From the human T2T-CHM13v2.0 reference genome, Homo sapiens, in NCBI RefSeq assembly GCF_009914755.1, contig NC_060929.1: a DNA stretch of 64,000 bases; one strand, 5' to 3'. The position numbers and the translations under genes are program-made. Below, in pieces: positions 62,523 to 64,000 of the stretch. Position 1 is the stretch's first letter. Each line of letters opens with the position of its first letter. The notes under the pieces were generated by a model. It was not told the origin of the DNA. It saw nothing but the letters and a program-made list of their open reading frames with translations, and made no database searches.

Positions 62523-62689
62523 TTTTTTTTTTTTTTTTTTTTTGAGACAGTCTCACTCTGTCGCCCAGGCTAGAGTGCAGTGGCATATGATCTCAGCTCA
62601 CTGCAACCTCTGCTGCCTGGGTTTAAGTGATTCTCCTGGCTCAGCCTCCTGAGTAGCTGAGATTACAGGCACTTGCCACCGTGCCTGGC

Positions 62690-62729
<40 letters not shown>

Positions 62730-62838
62730 GCATTTTTAGTAGAGACGGGGTTTCACCATTTTGGCCAGGCTGGTCTTGAACTCCTGATCTTATGATCCAC
62801 CCACCTCGGGCTACCAAAGTGCTGGGATTACAGGCATG
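62523..62838 (-). mobile_element. AluS (Sg-like) with (GTT)n in its middle linker
   Basis: Both arms present; about 13 GTT units at 62691-62730; slightly 5'-truncated. Confidence 0.92.
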
Positions 62839-63045
62839 GTTGTCTGTACTTTTGAGGTCTTAATATCTTTGCCTAGACCTGTGTCCTGAAGAGTTTTCCT
62901 ATTTTTCAAGCAGTTTTATGGTTTCTAGTTTACATTTAAGTTTTCAATCCGTCTTGAGTTGACTTTTGTATACGCTGAGAGATATAGGTGCAGTTTCATT
63001 TTTTTGCTGGATATAATTATCCAGTTTTCTCAGGACGATTTTAAA

Positions 63046-64000
63046 AAATTTATTTTTATTTTTAATTGTTGTGTGTACATAGTAGATATATATATTTATG
63101 GGGTACACGAGATGTTTTGATACAGGCATGCAATGTGAAATAAGCACATCATGGAAAATTGGGTATAAATCCCCTCAAGCACTTGTCTTTTGAGTTACAA
63201 GCAATCTTATTACACTTTTTAAGAAATTTAAAATGTACAATTAAGTTATTATTGACTATAGTCACCCTGTTGTGCTATCAAAGAGTAGGCCTTATTCATT
63301 CTTTCTAACTATTTTTTGTGCCCACTAACCATTCCCTATTCCCTCCCGTAGCCCCCCACTACCATTGCCAGACTCTGGTTACCATACTTCTACTCTCTAT
63401 CTCCATGGGTTCAATTGTTTTAAATTTCAGATACTACACATATGTGAGAACATTCAATGTTCATCTTTCTGTGCCTGGCTTATTTCACTTAACATAATGA
63501 TCTCCAGTTCCATCCACATTGTTCAAAATGACTGTGTCTCATTCTTTTTGTGACTGAATTGTACTCCATTGCGTATATGTACAACATTTTCTTTATCCAT
63601 TCATCCATTGACACTTACGTTGCTTCTAAATCTTAGCTATCGTAAACAGTTCTGCAACAGATATGGTACTGCAGACATCTCTTTGATATACTGATTACCT
63701 TTCCTTTGGGTACATACCCAGCGGTGGGATTGCTGGATCTTATGGTAGCTCTATTTTTAGTTTTTTGAGAAACCTCCAAACTATTCCCCATAGTGGTTGT
63801 ACTAATTTGCATTGCCACCAACAATGTATGTTATTGCCTCTCTTTTGGATATAAGCCATTTTACCTGGGGTAAGATGATATCTCATTGTAGTTTTGATTT
63901 GCATTTCTCTGATGCTCAGTGATATTGAGCACCATTTCATATTCCTGTTGGCCATTTGTATGTCTTCTTTTGAGAAATGTTTATTCAAATCTTTTTGCCC
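63046..64000 (-). mobile_element. L1MA1/2 3' region, continues past the window
   Basis: tacaggcatgcaatgtgaaataagcacatc; ttattgactatagtcaccctgttgtgc; ORF2 C-terminal peptide at 63740-63988. Confidence 0.9.

Larger units (their letters stand above)
60950..63035 (-). mobile_element. L1MA3/4 3' region, interrupted by L1PA and Alu
   Basis: tttacatatttatggggtac...atcaagtcagggtattt; resumes about 61691 into antisense ORF2. Confidence 0.85.

Overview
This window is AT-rich, repeat-dominated human non-coding DNA. A near-consensus AluYb8, a human-specific subfamily, identifies the species. I found no host protein-coding exon that I can support; all long ORFs are transposable-element remnants (L1 ORF2, THE1 internal ORF). 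Contents: many L1s (L1PA2 through ancient L1M), seven near-full Alus plus a fragment, a complete THE1 MaLR provirus, a half-deleted THE1, solo THE1/MST/MLT1 LTRs, a decayed LTR40/HERVL40-type ERV with readable protease, RT and RNase H motifs and a tRNA-Ser-like PBS, a tailless U2 retrocopy, two collapsed MADE1 elements, and L2/MIR relics. The most notable patterns are five independent 5'-inverted (twin-primed) L1 insertions in two tight clusters, a probable L1-mediated deletion, and apparent shared non-consensus bases between neighbouring L1 copies. I did not find a convincing new biological system. Subfamily names come from remembered consensus sequences, and boundaries of old elements are approximate.
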